Part shown: positions 40,778 through 51,763 of the stretch, piece after piece
Position numbering within the stretch: position 1 is the stretch's first letter
Layout: each line of letters opens with the position of its first letter
Origin: a bacterium
GTDB taxonomy: Bacteria > SAR324 > JACQKK01
Length of the DNA stretch: 64,000 bases
Assembly: GCA_965240465.1 (NCBI GenBank)
Contig: OZ251219.1
Coordinates: forward strand, 79,624-143,623
Direction of reading: 5' to 3'
Notes under the pieces: model-generated
What the model was told of the DNA's origin: nothing
The model's input: the letters and a program-made list of their open reading frames with translations, nothing else
Databases searched by the model: none
Translations under genes and position numbers: made by a program

Positions 40778-42245
40778 GGACGTCATGTACGTGACTTTCA
40801 CGTAGGCCATAATTGGTCATACGAACAAAGCGGGTACGTTTATACAAAGAAGGAATATCAGTAGCCCCCACATATCCCATGCCAGCACGAACTCCTCCCA
40901 GACATTGGTGAATGCTCTCAGACAAAGGACCTCTATATGGCACGCGACTTTCTACACCCTCAGGCACCAATTTGCCAGATTCTACTCCCATTGAATTTTC
41001 TTGCTCCTGAACATTTTCTTTATCTTGCTCTTGAAAATAGCGATCCCGAGAACCTTGATTCATCGCAGATAATGACCCCATACCACGATACTTCTTGTAA
41101 CGACGACCTTTGTATAATATCACCTGACCGGGAGTTTCATCTGTGCCTGCAAACAAATTACCTAGCATCACGCTATCCGCACCTGCTGCCAGTGCCTTAA
41201 CAATATCTCCTGAATATTTAATTCCCCCATCTGAAACCACAGGAACCTCTTGAGAACGGGACACCGAAACCACCGCTTGAATAGCTGTTAACTGCGGCAT
41301 ACCCACACCAGTAACCACCCGAGTGGTACAAATTGAACCCCCACCCACCCCCACCTTTATAGCATCTACACCAATCTTTAACAATTCCTCCGCTGCCTCA
41401 GCCGTGGCAATATTACCCACCATTAACTCCAAGTCAGGGTATTTCGTACGGATTTCCTTAGTTACTTTCAACACCTTTTCTGAATGACCGTGGGCAGTAT
41501 CCAAAACAATCAAATCAACTCCTGCAGACACCAACGCCTCGACTCGCAACATAACCTCCTTGCCCGGTCCTACCGCAGCTCCCACCCGTAGACGACCTTT
41601 ACTGTCCTTGCAAGAATTCGGATAAAGACGAGCTTTTTCAATGTCCTTCACCGTAATCATTCCCACTAGTTCGTATTCATCATTGACAACCAATAGCTTT
41701 TCAATGCGGTGCTTGTGCAAAAGCATCTTGGAATCATTCAAGTTAATATTATTCTTCACGGTCACCAGATTGTCTTTACCTTTAGTCATCAATGCTGAAA
41801 CCGACTGACTAGCATTGGTCTCAAAGCGTAAATCACGATTAGTGAGAATACCCACCAATACCTTACCTCTGGTAACAGGAACGCCAGATATGCGGTAACG
41901 ATTCATCAACTCTAAAGCCTTACTAATAGGGGCATCAGGATCAATGGTGATGGGATCCGAAATCATACCGCTTTCAGAACGTTTAACTAAGTCTACTTGT
42001 CTGGCTTGTTTTTCAATTTCCATGTTTTTATGAATCACTCCTATGCCTCCCTCCTGAGCCAGACAGATTGCCGTCCTATATTCGGTTACGGTGTCCATAG
42101 CAGCACTTAACAAAGGAATGTTGATATCTATGTTTCTGCTGAGGCGGGTGTGTAGATTGACTTGCTGAGGAAGTACGGAAGACGCCTCCGGAACAAGGAT
42201 GACATCATCAAAGGTCAAACCTTCTTCTATACGTTCGGTAAGCAT
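40728..42245 (-). CDS. guaB: Inosine-5'-monophosphate dehydrogenase
   Basis: 505 aa with CBS pair and catalytic loop [11 protein letters not shown]. Confidence 0.9.
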   Translation of the reverse strand: MLTERIEEGLTFDDVILVPEASSVLPQQVNLHTRLSRNIDINIPLLSAAMDTVTEYRTAICLAQEGGIGVIHKNMEIEKQARQVDLVKRSESGMISDPITIDPDAPISKALELMNRYRISGVPVTRGKVLVGILTNRDLRFETNASQSVSALMTKGKDNLVTVKNNINLNDSKMLLHKHRIEKLLVVNDEYELVGMITVKDIEKARLYPNSCKDSKGRLRVGAAVGPGKEVMLRVEALVSAGVDLIVLDTAHGHSEKVLKVTKEIRTKYPDLELMVGNIATAEAAEELLKIGVDAIKVGVGGGSICTTRVVTGVGMPQLTAIQAVVSVSRSQEVPVVSDGGIKYSGDIVKALAAGADSVMLGNLFAGTDETPGQVILYKGRRYKKYRGMGSLSAMNQGSRDRYFQEQDKENVQEQENSMGVESGKLVPEGVESRVPYRGPLSESIHQCLGGVRAGMGYVGATDIPSLYKRTRFVRMTNYGLRESHVHDVHVIDEAPNYPLFPATD

Positions 42246-42479
42246 ATGCTAGACTGGAGCCTTAAAATAACAGGTTGAGGAAAGCGAATGAAATATCATG
42301 GATTAGAAAGTAGTTGTAAAAATGCAGGCACACAAAATATCGTGCTTCAAACAACCATCAAACACGAAATGAACATAAATAGTCCTCAATATACACCTAT
42401 AAGTACCACCCCTGATTGTATTATACCCACTATTCATAATGCAACTTATGGTGCTCATGATAGTTTGTAGGATGATATT

Positions 42480-45400
42480 TTGGGAGTAAATTTGGTGAAA
42501 CAGGAGTTCAGAGTCAGGAAGGAAAAATTATTACAGGAGGACATGGGGAAGGTTGCAAAAGTAATACAAAAATTATCTCATCAAAATACAGTAGAGGTAG
42601 GAGGACTAACACCAGAAGCCCATGCTTGGTGGCTGCAGCAATTAGCTGAATCTGCTAGCACACAACATTTGTGGATAGTGACGGATTCTTTTAGCCGTGC
42701 CCAGCAATTGAGGAAAGATTTGACATTTTTTTCACATACTGCAGGCAATCATAGAAACTCACGAGAGGTTTTTGCATTTCCCCATTGGGACACTATGCCA
42801 TTTGAGTTTTTTTCTCCTTCTCAAGAGGTTATGGCTCAGCGTTTGACAGCCATTGATACCATACAGCAAGGAACCACGACACTAGGAGTAACCTCTGTAC
42901 AAGGCTGGATGCAGGCTACATTGCCTAAGAAAGTAATCACAGACAGTGCCTTCACCTTATCTATAAATCAGCAAGTGGAGCGTAAATGGTTGCTCGAGAA
43001 ATTGATAAATAGTGGCTATACACGAGTGGAACTAGTGGAGGCGGTAGGGGAATTTTCTGTAAGAGGTCATTTGGTAGATGTTTTTTCTCCTCAGCAAAAG
43101 CACCCATTGCGTTTAGATTTCTTTGATGACGAAATCAAAACCATGCGTCTGTTTAATGCCGCCTCACAAGTAAGCCTGACAGAAGTAGCAGAACAACGCA
43201 TTCTTCCCGCCCGTGAGGCTTATTTAAATCCCACCAGTGCAAAACTAGCCATGATGTATTTGCGTCAACATAAAGCACAAATCAATCCTCAGTGGTATCA
43301 GCAATTGTGGTCGCAACTGGAAGATGGATCTCCTTTTGCGGGCTGTGAGCAACTTATATCCCTCTACCATGGAAAATCCGAGTGGCTACATCAATATTTA
43401 CCGTTGCAGTCGCTGGTGGTTTTGGAAGAGCCCGAGTCCGTGTGGAGGTCTGCCCAAGCATTTGAAGCAGACTTTATGCGCGAAGCTGAGCATGCCCAAC
43501 AGAAAGGTCTGATGCTTTTTTCTCCAGAGACCATGTTTTTAAGTACGTCTCAATTAAAAAAGAGCTGGGAGTCTCACAAAACAGTGCTGGTGCGTGCATT
43601 GATGAGCTCTCATAAACAAACTGAGTCTATCAATGTACTTACTGCAGACAATAATTCACTAAGGTTGCATGCTATGGAAACGCCGACAAGAGGCACAGAC
43701 AAAAAATCATCCTTGCATGTGGATACCACAAAATTAGCCAAGCTGATGGATAAGTGGCAAAGTGAGGGTTCTCGCATCCTGTTGGCTACATATTCTGGGG
43801 TGGCAGCCGAGCGCTTCCAAAAAAATCTGAAGGCTTGTGGGTTATCGGCTAAGCTTTGTCAGGCGAATGAAGAATCGGTGTTGTCTGCTTGGAGGAACCC
43901 CTACAAATCACCTTCTCAAGGCAAGTCATGGGAAATATTGTTACTGAATAAAACACCCAGTAAAGGATTTCGTCTACTGGATGAAAATGGTAATACCCGA
44001 TTTTGTCTTATTACCGAATCTGAATGGCTAGGAGAAACAAGACCTTTACGACCTAAACCTCAGAGTGGTAACAACAACAGAAACTTTGCAACCACCATAG
44101 CTGAATTACAATCAGGGCAACTGGTGGTACATGTGGATTATGGTATCGGTCGCTATCAAGGATTGAAAAAATTAACCGTAGAGAACATAGATAGTGAATG
44201 CTTGGAGATAAATTATGCTACCGGAGGAAAGATCTATGTTCCCGTATCGCGTCTTCATTTGGTGCAAAAATATGTAGGCTCCGCCGGCGAAGATCCCCCG
44301 TTGAATAAACTAGGAGATGGCAGATGGCAACGCACCTGCTCACTAGCAAGAAAAGTAGTACAAGACATGGCACGTAGGCTAGTGGATGTTCAAGCGGCTC
44401 GCCAAGCACACACAGGTCCTATGTTTTTGCCTTCTTCATCTTTGCTAGATGAATTTTCACAAGGATTCCAATTTCAAGAAACCCCAGACCAACAAAAAGC
44501 CATTGAAGAGGTTCTCAAAGATCTAGCACAAAGACAGCCCATGGACAGACTAGTCTGTGGGGAAGTGGGCTTTGGTAAAACAGAGGTCGCTATGCGGGCT
44601 GCTTTTGCCGTAACCATAGAAAATGGACAAGTGATGTTACTCTGCCCAACAACTGTTTTGGCTCAACAGCATTACACTAATTTTCACCAACGCTTTCACC
44701 ATCTGGGAATACGAGTAGAAATCTTGAGCCGTTTTGTGCAACCTAAACAGCAAAAAAAAACCTTAAGAGAATTTCAAAACAGTGAAATTGATATCCTTAT
44801 CGGCACCCACCGTCTGCTCTCCAAAGACGTCAAAATCCCTGAAAATCTTGGACTATTAGTGATAGATGAAGAACAACGCTTTGGAGTTATCCACAAAGAG
44901 CGGATTAAAACATTGAGAACAAATATTAACATTCTTACTCTCTCTGCCACTCCGATTCCCAGAACACTACACATGTCTATGATGGGAATTAGAGACCTCA
45001 GCCTCATAAGTACTCCTCCGCATAATAGACTATCCGTACGTACCCGCATTGCTCGCTATAGCGAGCACATAATACGTGAATGCATAGAACGCGAAATCAG
45101 GCGTGATGGGCAAGCATTTTTTCTACACAATAGGGTGGAAAGTATTTATTCCCAAGCCCGATACATAAAAAATCTGTTGCCCGACATTTATATGGAAATA
45201 GCCCATGGGCAAATGCCAGAATCTAAATTAGAGACCACAATGCAGGAATTCGTGGCAGGACGTATTCAATTACTGGTTTGCACAGCTATAATTGAATCAG
45301 GCTTGGATATTCCTCGTGCTAATACCATAATTATTAATCAAGCGGAAAACTTTGGTCTAGCACAATTGCACCAACTGCGCGGCAGAGTAGGACGTTCTCA

Positions 45401-46103
45401 TAAGCAGGGCTACGCTTGGCTACTTACCCATCCCACAAAACCTCTACAAATCCAAGCACGCAAGAGATTAAACCTGCTACAAGAATTTAGTGCCTTGGGA
45501 GCCGGCTTTCGCATTGCCACCCATGATCTAGAAATACGAGGAGCAGGTAATCTATTGGGAGCAGAGCAAACTGGTCATATGCACAAAGTTGGGTTGGAAC
45601 TTTTCACTAAAATGGTCACAGAAACAGTAGCCATTTTGAAAGGAAAAACCACCACCACTCGTTGCCGCTTAGAACTTCCATTTTCCTATCTCTTGCCAGA
45701 AACATATGTTATTGGGACTAGACAACGCTTGGAAATATACAAACGACTCGCAGAAATAAGCCACCTAGAAGAACTGTGGCAACTACGACAAGAAATGGAA
45801 GATCGTTTCGGAATGCCCATTGAGGAAACTAATAACCTATTCACCATGGTACAAGTTCGCTTGTGTGCAGAATCCTATGGTATAGGCTATCTCAAGGCAG
45901 ATCAGCATATCCTTAAAGCCCGCTTTAGACAACCAGAACGCATCAACATGCAGGCCCTCATGGCATTGATTAAAGATCACGATAATCCTTTGCAACTTCA
46001 ACCAGAAAACTGGCTCATTCTAGGTCCCATGCCTGTAACCCCTGTTGTTTTATTGGATGAGCTGGAAACATTATCTAATTTCATTCAGCCCCAAGTAGCT
46101 TAG
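42480..46103 (+). CDS. mfd: Transcription-repair coupling factor
   Basis: 1207 aa with UvrB-homology, RNAP-interaction and superfamily-2 helicase motifs (GFGKTEVA, DEEQRFG). Confidence 0.9.
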   Translation: MGVNLVKQEFRVRKEKLLQEDMGKVAKVIQKLSHQNTVEVGGLTPEAHAWWLQQLAESASTQHLWIVTDSFSRAQQLRKDLTFFSHTAGNHRNSREVFAFPHWDTMPFEFFSPSQEVMAQRLTAIDTIQQGTTTLGVTSVQGWMQATLPKKVITDSAFTLSINQQVERKWLLEKLINSGYTRVELVEAVGEFSVRGHLVDVFSPQQKHPLRLDFFDDEIKTMRLFNAASQVSLTEVAEQRILPAREAYLNPTSAKLAMMYLRQHKAQINPQWYQQLWSQLEDGSPFAGCEQLISLYHGKSEWLHQYLPLQSLVVLEEPESVWRSAQAFEADFMREAEHAQQKGLMLFSPETMFLSTSQLKKSWESHKTVLVRALMSSHKQTESINVLTADNNSLRLHAMETPTRGTDKKSSLHVDTTKLAKLMDKWQSEGSRILLATYSGVAAERFQKNLKACGLSAKLCQANEESVLSAWRNPYKSPSQGKSWEILLLNKTPSKGFRLLDENGNTRFCLITESEWLGETRPLRPKPQSGNNNRNFATTIAELQSGQLVVHVDYGIGRYQGLKKLTVENIDSECLEINYATGGKIYVPVSRLHLVQKYVGSAGEDPPLNKLGDGRWQRTCSLARKVVQDMARRLVDVQAARQAHTGPMFLPSSSLLDEFSQGFQFQETPDQQKAIEEVLKDLAQRQPMDRLVCGEVGFGKTEVAMRAAFAVTIENGQVMLLCPTTVLAQQHYTNFHQRFHHLGIRVEILSRFVQPKQQKKTLREFQNSEIDILIGTHRLLSKDVKIPENLGLLVIDEEQRFGVIHKERIKTLRTNINILTLSATPIPRTLHMSMMGIRDLSLISTPPHNRLSVRTRIARYSEHIIRECIEREIRRDGQAFFLHNRVESIYSQARYIKNLLPDIYMEIAHGQMPESKLETTMQEFVAGRIQLLVCTAIIESGLDIPRANTIIINQAENFGLAQLHQLRGRVGRSHKQGYAWLLTHPTKPLQIQARKRLNLLQEFSALGAGFRIATHDLEIRGAGNLLGAEQTGHMHKVGLELFTKMVTETVAILKGKTTTTRCRLELPFSYLLPETYVIGTRQRLEIYKRLAEISHLEELWQLRQEMEDRFGMPIEETNNLFTMVQVRLCAESYGIGYLKADQHILKARFRQPERINMQALMALIKDHDNPLQLQPENWLILGPMPVTPVVLLDELETLSNFIQPQVA

Positions 46104-46228
46104 CTGTGGTGGTTTATCATTCTGGTATTTATACCCTATATGCAATAGATATATCGGGATATTGCCTTTACACAAGGTACTGCTTGACATCAGCAAGTTA
46201 ATTGCGATGGAATACTCCCTAGTAGTAT

Positions 46229-46301
46229 GGGGATGTAGCTCAGCTGGGAGAGCACGACGCTGGCAGCGTCGGGGTCAGGGGTTCGAGCCCCCTCATCTCC
46301 A
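46229..46301 (+). tRNA. tRNA-Ala (anticodon GGC)
   Basis: G3:U70 identity pair and anticodon loop CTGGCAG. Confidence 0.85.
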
Positions 46302-46346
46302 TGCACATTGTGGCTGATTGTACTATTTTTTATAAGGTATTTTCCG

Positions 46347-46574
46347 ATGAGTAAAAGATGTCAAATTACCGGGAAACGTGGTCTAGCAGGAAACCGGGTT
46401 TCTCATGCAAAAAATAGAAGTCGCCATGTGCAGCAACTGAATCTGCATAAAAAACGTGTTTGGGTAGAAGAAAAGAAACGCTGGGTGACAGTGCGTATCA
46501 GTTCACAAGGACTACGCATTTTACAACGGAAGGGAGCATTTCAAACCTTGAAAGAAGCAGGCTTGATTGACTAG
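46347..46574 (+). CDS. rpmB: 50S ribosomal protein L28
   Basis: MSKRCQITGKRGLAGNRVSHA...; the track ORF starts 13 codons upstream. Confidence 0.85.
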   Translation: MSKRCQITGKRGLAGNRVSHAKNRSRHVQQLNLHKKRVWVEEKKRWVTVRISSQGLRILQRKGAFQTLKEAGLID

Positions 46575-46649
46575 CCTTATCCTGATGACCTGGTAGCACC
46601 GGACTGAGTATTGCACTGATAGCAAGTATCTTGTTTTGCCTGTTTAACA

Positions 46650-47417
46650 CTAGACCATGCTGTTAATTAATTTTACCAGTGGGGAGAGCAATCCATGGAT
46701 TTGCTGATGGGAGTAGCCTCGCTGTAATTCATAGGTGAGTAGCAAAAGCGGGGGATTAGTATGACGAGCATAGCTTCCCAGCGAACCTGGCGTAGGGTAT
46801 CCGATGGATCTTTTTAAGGGAACTTTGGCTGAAGTACAGAAGCACTTAATAGCCTGCTGGGTGTCTGTGGTCAGCGTTTGGAGGGGTCTTTCTATTTCCA
46901 GTAGAGTTTCTTTGTAGCTGTGCAAGCTCAAGATAGTGGTAGCACGAGAAAGCTTGAGAGCTTTCAAAAGGGCCTGATTTTCGGGTTCTGAAGATGGTTT
47001 GTCACCGGGTGGATAGCGTGAATTGAGGGGTTCAGGAGACCAGTCTGGGGTAGGTAGATTACGATTAAGGTCTACGTTACGTTGATTCCATCGTTGATGA
47101 AGTAGTGTGCCATCGGGATTCAAGCAGGGCAGTATGCATATATGTGGAACATAATGCAATAGCAGTTGTGCTAGTAGCATGCCTTCATGTTCATCGCCGT
47201 GGACGCCCGCCAGTACCAATAGGGGAGAGTATCTGTTGACACCAAACAGTTTGATGGTCTGTCCCAAAACAGAGAAACCTACTTTACGGCTACTGACGGA
47301 TAAGGCTTTATTCCAAGTGGGTGGTTCAATTAAGAGTGGCATGGGTATCAATTTGGAAGTCAAATTGGTTTTTGACTCAGATGTTGATGTCACAGCAGTA
47401 ACTTTTTTGACAGGCAT
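46650..47417 (-). CDS. M14-family zinc carboxypeptidase-like protein (MpaA / AstE-AspA-like)
   Basis: GVHGDEHEG and DLNRNLP motifs. Confidence 0.5.
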   Translation of the reverse strand: MPVKKVTAVTSTSESKTNLTSKLIPMPLLIEPPTWNKALSVSSRKVGFSVLGQTIKLFGVNRYSPLLVLAGVHGDEHEGMLLAQLLLHYVPHICILPCLNPDGTLLHQRWNQRNVDLNRNLPTPDWSPEPLNSRYPPGDKPSSEPENQALLKALKLSRATTILSLHSYKETLLEIERPLQTLTTDTQQAIKCFCTSAKVPLKRSIGYPTPGSLGSYARHTNPPLLLLTYELQRGYSHQQIHGLLSPLVKLINSMV

Positions 47418-47729
47418 GTTCTAACAAAGTAAGAAAGCGAAAAACAAAAAAACCTATTATAGATTCTCTTACAAATACGATGAACTAAGCAAAAAACAAA
47501 GATTTACTAGAATCAGACTAACGAAATTACATAAGAATCCATAGCTGTCCTTCACTTGATTTAAGTTCTTTGTTGGAAGTGGGTACTTAATAGAATTTAC
47601 TGTAAGTCTCGAGCATCACTGGTGAGCATGAAGCTATTATTCTCTTACTTTTGAGTGCTATGCTGGTAACTATACCCAAATAACAAGACTTAGTAGCTGG
47701 TTTGTTGATAGAAGGAAGAGAAAATTATC

Positions 47730-48191
47730 ATGGCTGAAAAACAAAAATGGCTACAGGATATTCTTAAGAAAGGAAATAGGTTGCTGGCCCAAATGTCCCC
47801 TTACGCCAATGACGTAGGAGAACACGTGCGAGGTATATTTGGTTCTTCCCCCAGTGAGATATTAGAGCGTGCTGGTGACAAAGGACGCTCCATGCGTATG
47901 CGTATCATGCAACGGGATTTGGAGCATCAACTGGGTAGGATCTATATCAGGATAGGAAAGTTAGCTTGTAGAAATATAAGCGAGGATAAAAATAAAAAAG
48001 GTAAGCATGGATTCAGTGAAATGATGCTGTCAGAAATAGTGACCGCAGAAGATGTCCTAAAACAGTTGGATCTCTTGCGTAAAGAAGCTGAACGAGTGTC
48101 TAGAGAAAGGACTACCGGGGCTAAAAAGCAATCTAGTCAAATAGTAAAACCAGGCTTAAAACAAAAAATTAAGAGACAAGATGTAAAATAA
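47730..48191 (+). CDS. Hypothetical 153-aa basic protein
   Basis: ORF only; a 313-bp AT-rich leader lies upstream. Confidence 0.3.
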   Translation: MAEKQKWLQDILKKGNRLLAQMSPYANDVGEHVRGIFGSSPSEILERAGDKGRSMRMRIMQRDLEHQLGRIYIRIGKLACRNISEDKNKKGKHGFSEMMLSEIVTAEDVLKQLDLLRKEAERVSRERTTGAKKQSSQIVKPGLKQKIKRQDVK

Positions 48192-48207
48192 GAGCATTAA
48201 AATCCGA

Positions 48208-48291
48208 GCCGACGTGGTGGAATTGGTAGACACGCTGTCTTGAGGGGGCAGTGGGAGAAATCTCGTGGGAGTTCAAGTCTCCCCGTCGGCA
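48208..48291 (+). tRNA. tRNA-Leu (anticodon GAG)
   Basis: Anticodon loop TTGAGGG and a long variable arm. Confidence 0.8.
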
Positions 48292-48317
48292 TGATGCTGG
48301 AATATTTTTATGGGTTA

Positions 48318-50117
48318 TTATTTTTGACAATGCTGGGAAAGTCTGTCTAGTTCTTCTTGAATAATAGAGGATTCTAATTTCTGAAACAGAGGCTTTGGAG
48401 AAGCCAGGGGGATGCCTTTAGGTAGCAAGCAAGGCTTCCAACGAAATTTTGCCGCCCGGTAATCTCCTGTAATTATTTGCCAAGAACGTGTTCCTTGGGT
48501 GACTGTTTCCATGCGTGCTTCTCCCTGCAGAAAATCCTGATAGCCAAGCATTTGGTGAAGCTGCTGGCAAGAAAAAGGTAAGAAAGGAGACATCATCAGT
48601 TTTAGATTGTTTATGGCCGAAAGAGCTGCATAGATGACCGCTTTCGCCTCAGGTTCGGATGAAGGGATTTTAAGCAAGCTCCATGGTTCTCTTTGATTAA
48701 GATAACGGTTCACTTCATTTGCAAGACGCAGAACTTCATTTATGGCAGCCTTGAGAGAACCTTTTTCTATCATGGTACCTACTGTGTCAAAACCGCCGTT
48801 GATGGTATTTATCAGATTTTCTTCTTTTAGTCCCAGTGGTGGGGGTTCTGGGATAGCATTATAGTGCTGGTGAGCCATACTTAACACACGATGTACTAAG
48901 TTACCCCAGCAGGCTACCAATTCATCGTTATTGCGGCGTACAAATTCTGCCCAGGTAAAATCAGTGTCTTGATTTTCTGGGCCTGCAATGGAAATAAAGA
49001 AACGTAAGGTGTCCGGATGGTAGCGTTCCAGGAAATCTCTCACATAAATGACTACTCCTCTGCTACTACTGAATTTTTTACCCTCCATTGTAAGAAATTC
49101 TGATGAGAATATATTGGTAGGTGTTTGCAAGGGAGAGCCTTTTTCACCGCCTATAGTGGAGGGTAACCCATTGCCAAAACCCATAAGCATGGTAGGCCAG
49201 ATAAGGGAGTGAAAGACCACATTGTCTTTGCCCATGAAATAAAAATGTTCTGTTTTTGAGTCTTGCCACCAATCTTTCCAGCCATCAGGGTTACCATTGC
49301 GTTGAGCCCATTCTACACTGGCAGAAAAATAGCCGATTACAGCATCAAACCAGACGTATATTCGCTTATCATTTCGGTTTTCGTATTCTGGCAAAGGAAT
49401 TGGGATGCCCCATGACATATCTCGGGTTATTGCCCTTGGTTTAAGTTGTTTTATGATACCTAGTGAGAACTCACGTACATTAGCACGCCAATGAGATTTC
49501 TCTGTCAGCCATTGTTTAAGTTGCTCTGCAAATGTTGGCAGGTCTAGAAAGAAGTGTTCACTGTCTTTGAATATTGGTGCTTGTCCGTCAATGCGAGAAC
49601 GAGGCTCAATTAATTCCTCTGGGTCTAGTTGGTTACCGCAGTTATCACATTGATCGCCGCGGGCGTTTTTATCTTTGCAGTGAGGGCATGTTCCTTCTAT
49701 GTAGCGGTCTGGCAAGGTAGCCCCAGTGGCCTTGCTGAAAGCTCCCACGGTTGTCTGACGAATCAAAAATCCCTTTTTATGCAGGACGCGAAAAAAATCT
49801 TGTACTTGGCGGCGATGGTTATCAGTAGTGGTGCGGGTAAATAAGTCGTAATTGATTCCTAATTTGAACAGATCCTGGGAAATCACCTCCTGGTAACGGT
49901 CTACCAGTTGTTGCGGGGAAATGTCTTCTTCATCAGCCTGCACAGTAATGGGGGTGCCAAATTCATCCGTGCCGCTGACCATCAACACCTCGTTGCCAGC
50001 CATGCGTTGATAACGGGCAAATACATCACTAGGAACTCCAAATCCGGCCACATGTCCAATATGCCGAGGTCCATTAGCGTAGGGCCACGCAACACATACC
50101 ATTATCTTTTTTGTCAT
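48318..50117 (-). CDS. metG: Methionyl-tRNA synthetase (short form without the C-terminal tRNA-binding domain)
   Basis: HIGH-type motif (PRHIGHV) and a zinc knuckle CPHCKD...CDNCG. Confidence 0.9.
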   Translation of the reverse strand: MTKKIMVCVAWPYANGPRHIGHVAGFGVPSDVFARYQRMAGNEVLMVSGTDEFGTPITVQADEEDISPQQLVDRYQEVISQDLFKLGINYDLFTRTTTDNHRRQVQDFFRVLHKKGFLIRQTTVGAFSKATGATLPDRYIEGTCPHCKDKNARGDQCDNCGNQLDPEELIEPRSRIDGQAPIFKDSEHFFLDLPTFAEQLKQWLTEKSHWRANVREFSLGIIKQLKPRAITRDMSWGIPIPLPEYENRNDKRIYVWFDAVIGYFSASVEWAQRNGNPDGWKDWWQDSKTEHFYFMGKDNVVFHSLIWPTMLMGFGNGLPSTIGGEKGSPLQTPTNIFSSEFLTMEGKKFSSSRGVVIYVRDFLERYHPDTLRFFISIAGPENQDTDFTWAEFVRRNNDELVACWGNLVHRVLSMAHQHYNAIPEPPPLGLKEENLINTINGGFDTVGTMIEKGSLKAAINEVLRLANEVNRYLNQREPWSLLKIPSSEPEAKAVIYAALSAINNLKLMMSPFLPFSCQQLHQMLGYQDFLQGEARMETVTQGTRSWQIITGDYRAAKFRWKPCLLPKGIPLASPKPLFQKLESSIIQEELDRLSQHCQK

Positions 50118-50276
50118 AAATATATTTTTGCTAGAATCTAAGGCTCACAAAGTTTCTGTAATGGCACTTTGATAGCAAGATGTATCCCCGTTTGCAATGA
50201 CTGTGATCTATTGTAACCCTTCAGAATACTACAAACATATTGCTGAGAGACATTGTTATTTTCTACAGTCAAAATT

Positions 50277-51629
50277 TCATACCGATTTCACCCAGGTGGG
50301 GTACAATTGTCTAAGGAATATACCCAAGCTAATCGCACGGGCAATGTACATACCTTGAAAGGAAGCCCAGAGGCCATGAATACCGAACCAGCTACCCAAT
50401 AACCACGTTAATGGTAAGAAAACTACCACTGTAGAGAACAACATGGAGTTTCGCATGTGGCGGGCAGCGGAAGCACCAATGAAGATGCCGTCCAGACTGA
50501 AGCAAATATTTCCAATAATGGGTACCAGCAATATCCAAGGTAGTTGTTCTAGCAGAATGGCTAGTACCGAGGACTGATTGGTGAACCAGTTTTGCCACCA
50601 TGGCCACAGTAGTCCATAGGATAGTGTTATCAGAAACCCGCTGAGCATACCCCATGCCAGCACCCGCATTATGACATTGCGTAACACAGATTCCTTTTTT
50701 AGACCAATGGCTTGCCCCGTCAGTACTTCTGCAGCGTGAGCGAAGCCATCCAACAGATATGAAGCCAAGATGGTAAGCTGCCAGCCTATAGTAAATGCTG
50801 CCAGAGTGATCTCACCAAAGGTAGCTGCCTGTGAAGACAAGTACAAAATTGAAAATTGCAAGCACAAGGTACGAACAAATAAATTAGCATTGATCCCTAT
50901 CAGCTTTTTGAATTTTTCTCTTTCAAGTACTGCCTTGAGCATTTTCTTCATACTAGGTAGCAGAATTTGTTCTCGTTCATTTTTGTAAAACCAGATCAGC
51001 CCTAGTAGCAAGGTAATACATTGAGAAAATACTGCAGCCCAAGCCAATCCTGTACTGCTTAGTCCCATTTTTCCTACCAGCAAGAAATCCAACCCCGCAT
51101 TGAGTATATTTGCGAATATCACCAGAGTTACAGCTGGTAGCACTCGCCCTTTTCCAAAAAACCAAGATTGCAATAGCACAATGCAAAATGCAGCAGGTAT
51201 TGCTAGCAATCGTACCTCCAGATAGCTTTTCATATCGGTTTCCAGTCGAGGGCTAGACTCTACCCACCAACCAGCCAAATTTGTCAACAATGGAGAAAAT
51301 GCCACTATCAAAAAACCCACCAGCAATCCCAAAGAGGCCGCCTGCACCAGCAACACCCAAGCTTGCCCTTCATCTTTTTGACTATGCAAACGAGCAAACC
51401 AGCCCACCGTAGACATCCGCAGTACGCTTAACAACCAAAACACCAAATTGTAAAACAAAGACCCCAAACCAATGGCACCAATTTGATAGGCACTCAAAAA
51501 GTGACCCGCAACAGCTGTGTCCACAGCACTAAGCAGGGGGATAGATAGATTCATAAAAATAGAAGGAATAGCAATCCTTAGAATGCTTCCTTGCCATTTG
51601 ATGGATTCCTTACTACCAATATCAGACAT
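50277..51629 (-). CDS. MATE-family efflux transporter
   Basis: 450 aa with 12 TM helices and a MATE-like N-terminus. Confidence 0.75.
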   Translation of the reverse strand: MSDIGSKESIKWQGSILRIAIPSIFMNLSIPLLSAVDTAVAGHFLSAYQIGAIGLGSLFYNLVFWLLSVLRMSTVGWFARLHSQKDEGQAWVLLVQAASLGLLVGFLIVAFSPLLTNLAGWWVESSPRLETDMKSYLEVRLLAIPAAFCIVLLQSWFFGKGRVLPAVTLVIFANILNAGLDFLLVGKMGLSSTGLAWAAVFSQCITLLLGLIWFYKNEREQILLPSMKKMLKAVLEREKFKKLIGINANLFVRTLCLQFSILYLSSQAATFGEITLAAFTIGWQLTILASYLLDGFAHAAEVLTGQAIGLKKESVLRNVIMRVLAWGMLSGFLITLSYGLLWPWWQNWFTNQSSVLAILLEQLPWILLVPIIGNICFSLDGIFIGASAARHMRNSMLFSTVVVFLPLTWLLGSWFGIHGLWASFQGMYIARAISLGIFLRQLYPTWVKSV

Positions 51630-51763
51630 TACTTACTTTTTATGGGAAGAAGACAAAGTTTTAAAAAACTTTCCTGTGTATTCTAGTATTGCTAACTAGT
51701 ACTCATTCAAGCATTACTTCTCTGCTGGTTAAATTTTGCTATCCCGAACAAGCAAGTAATGCT

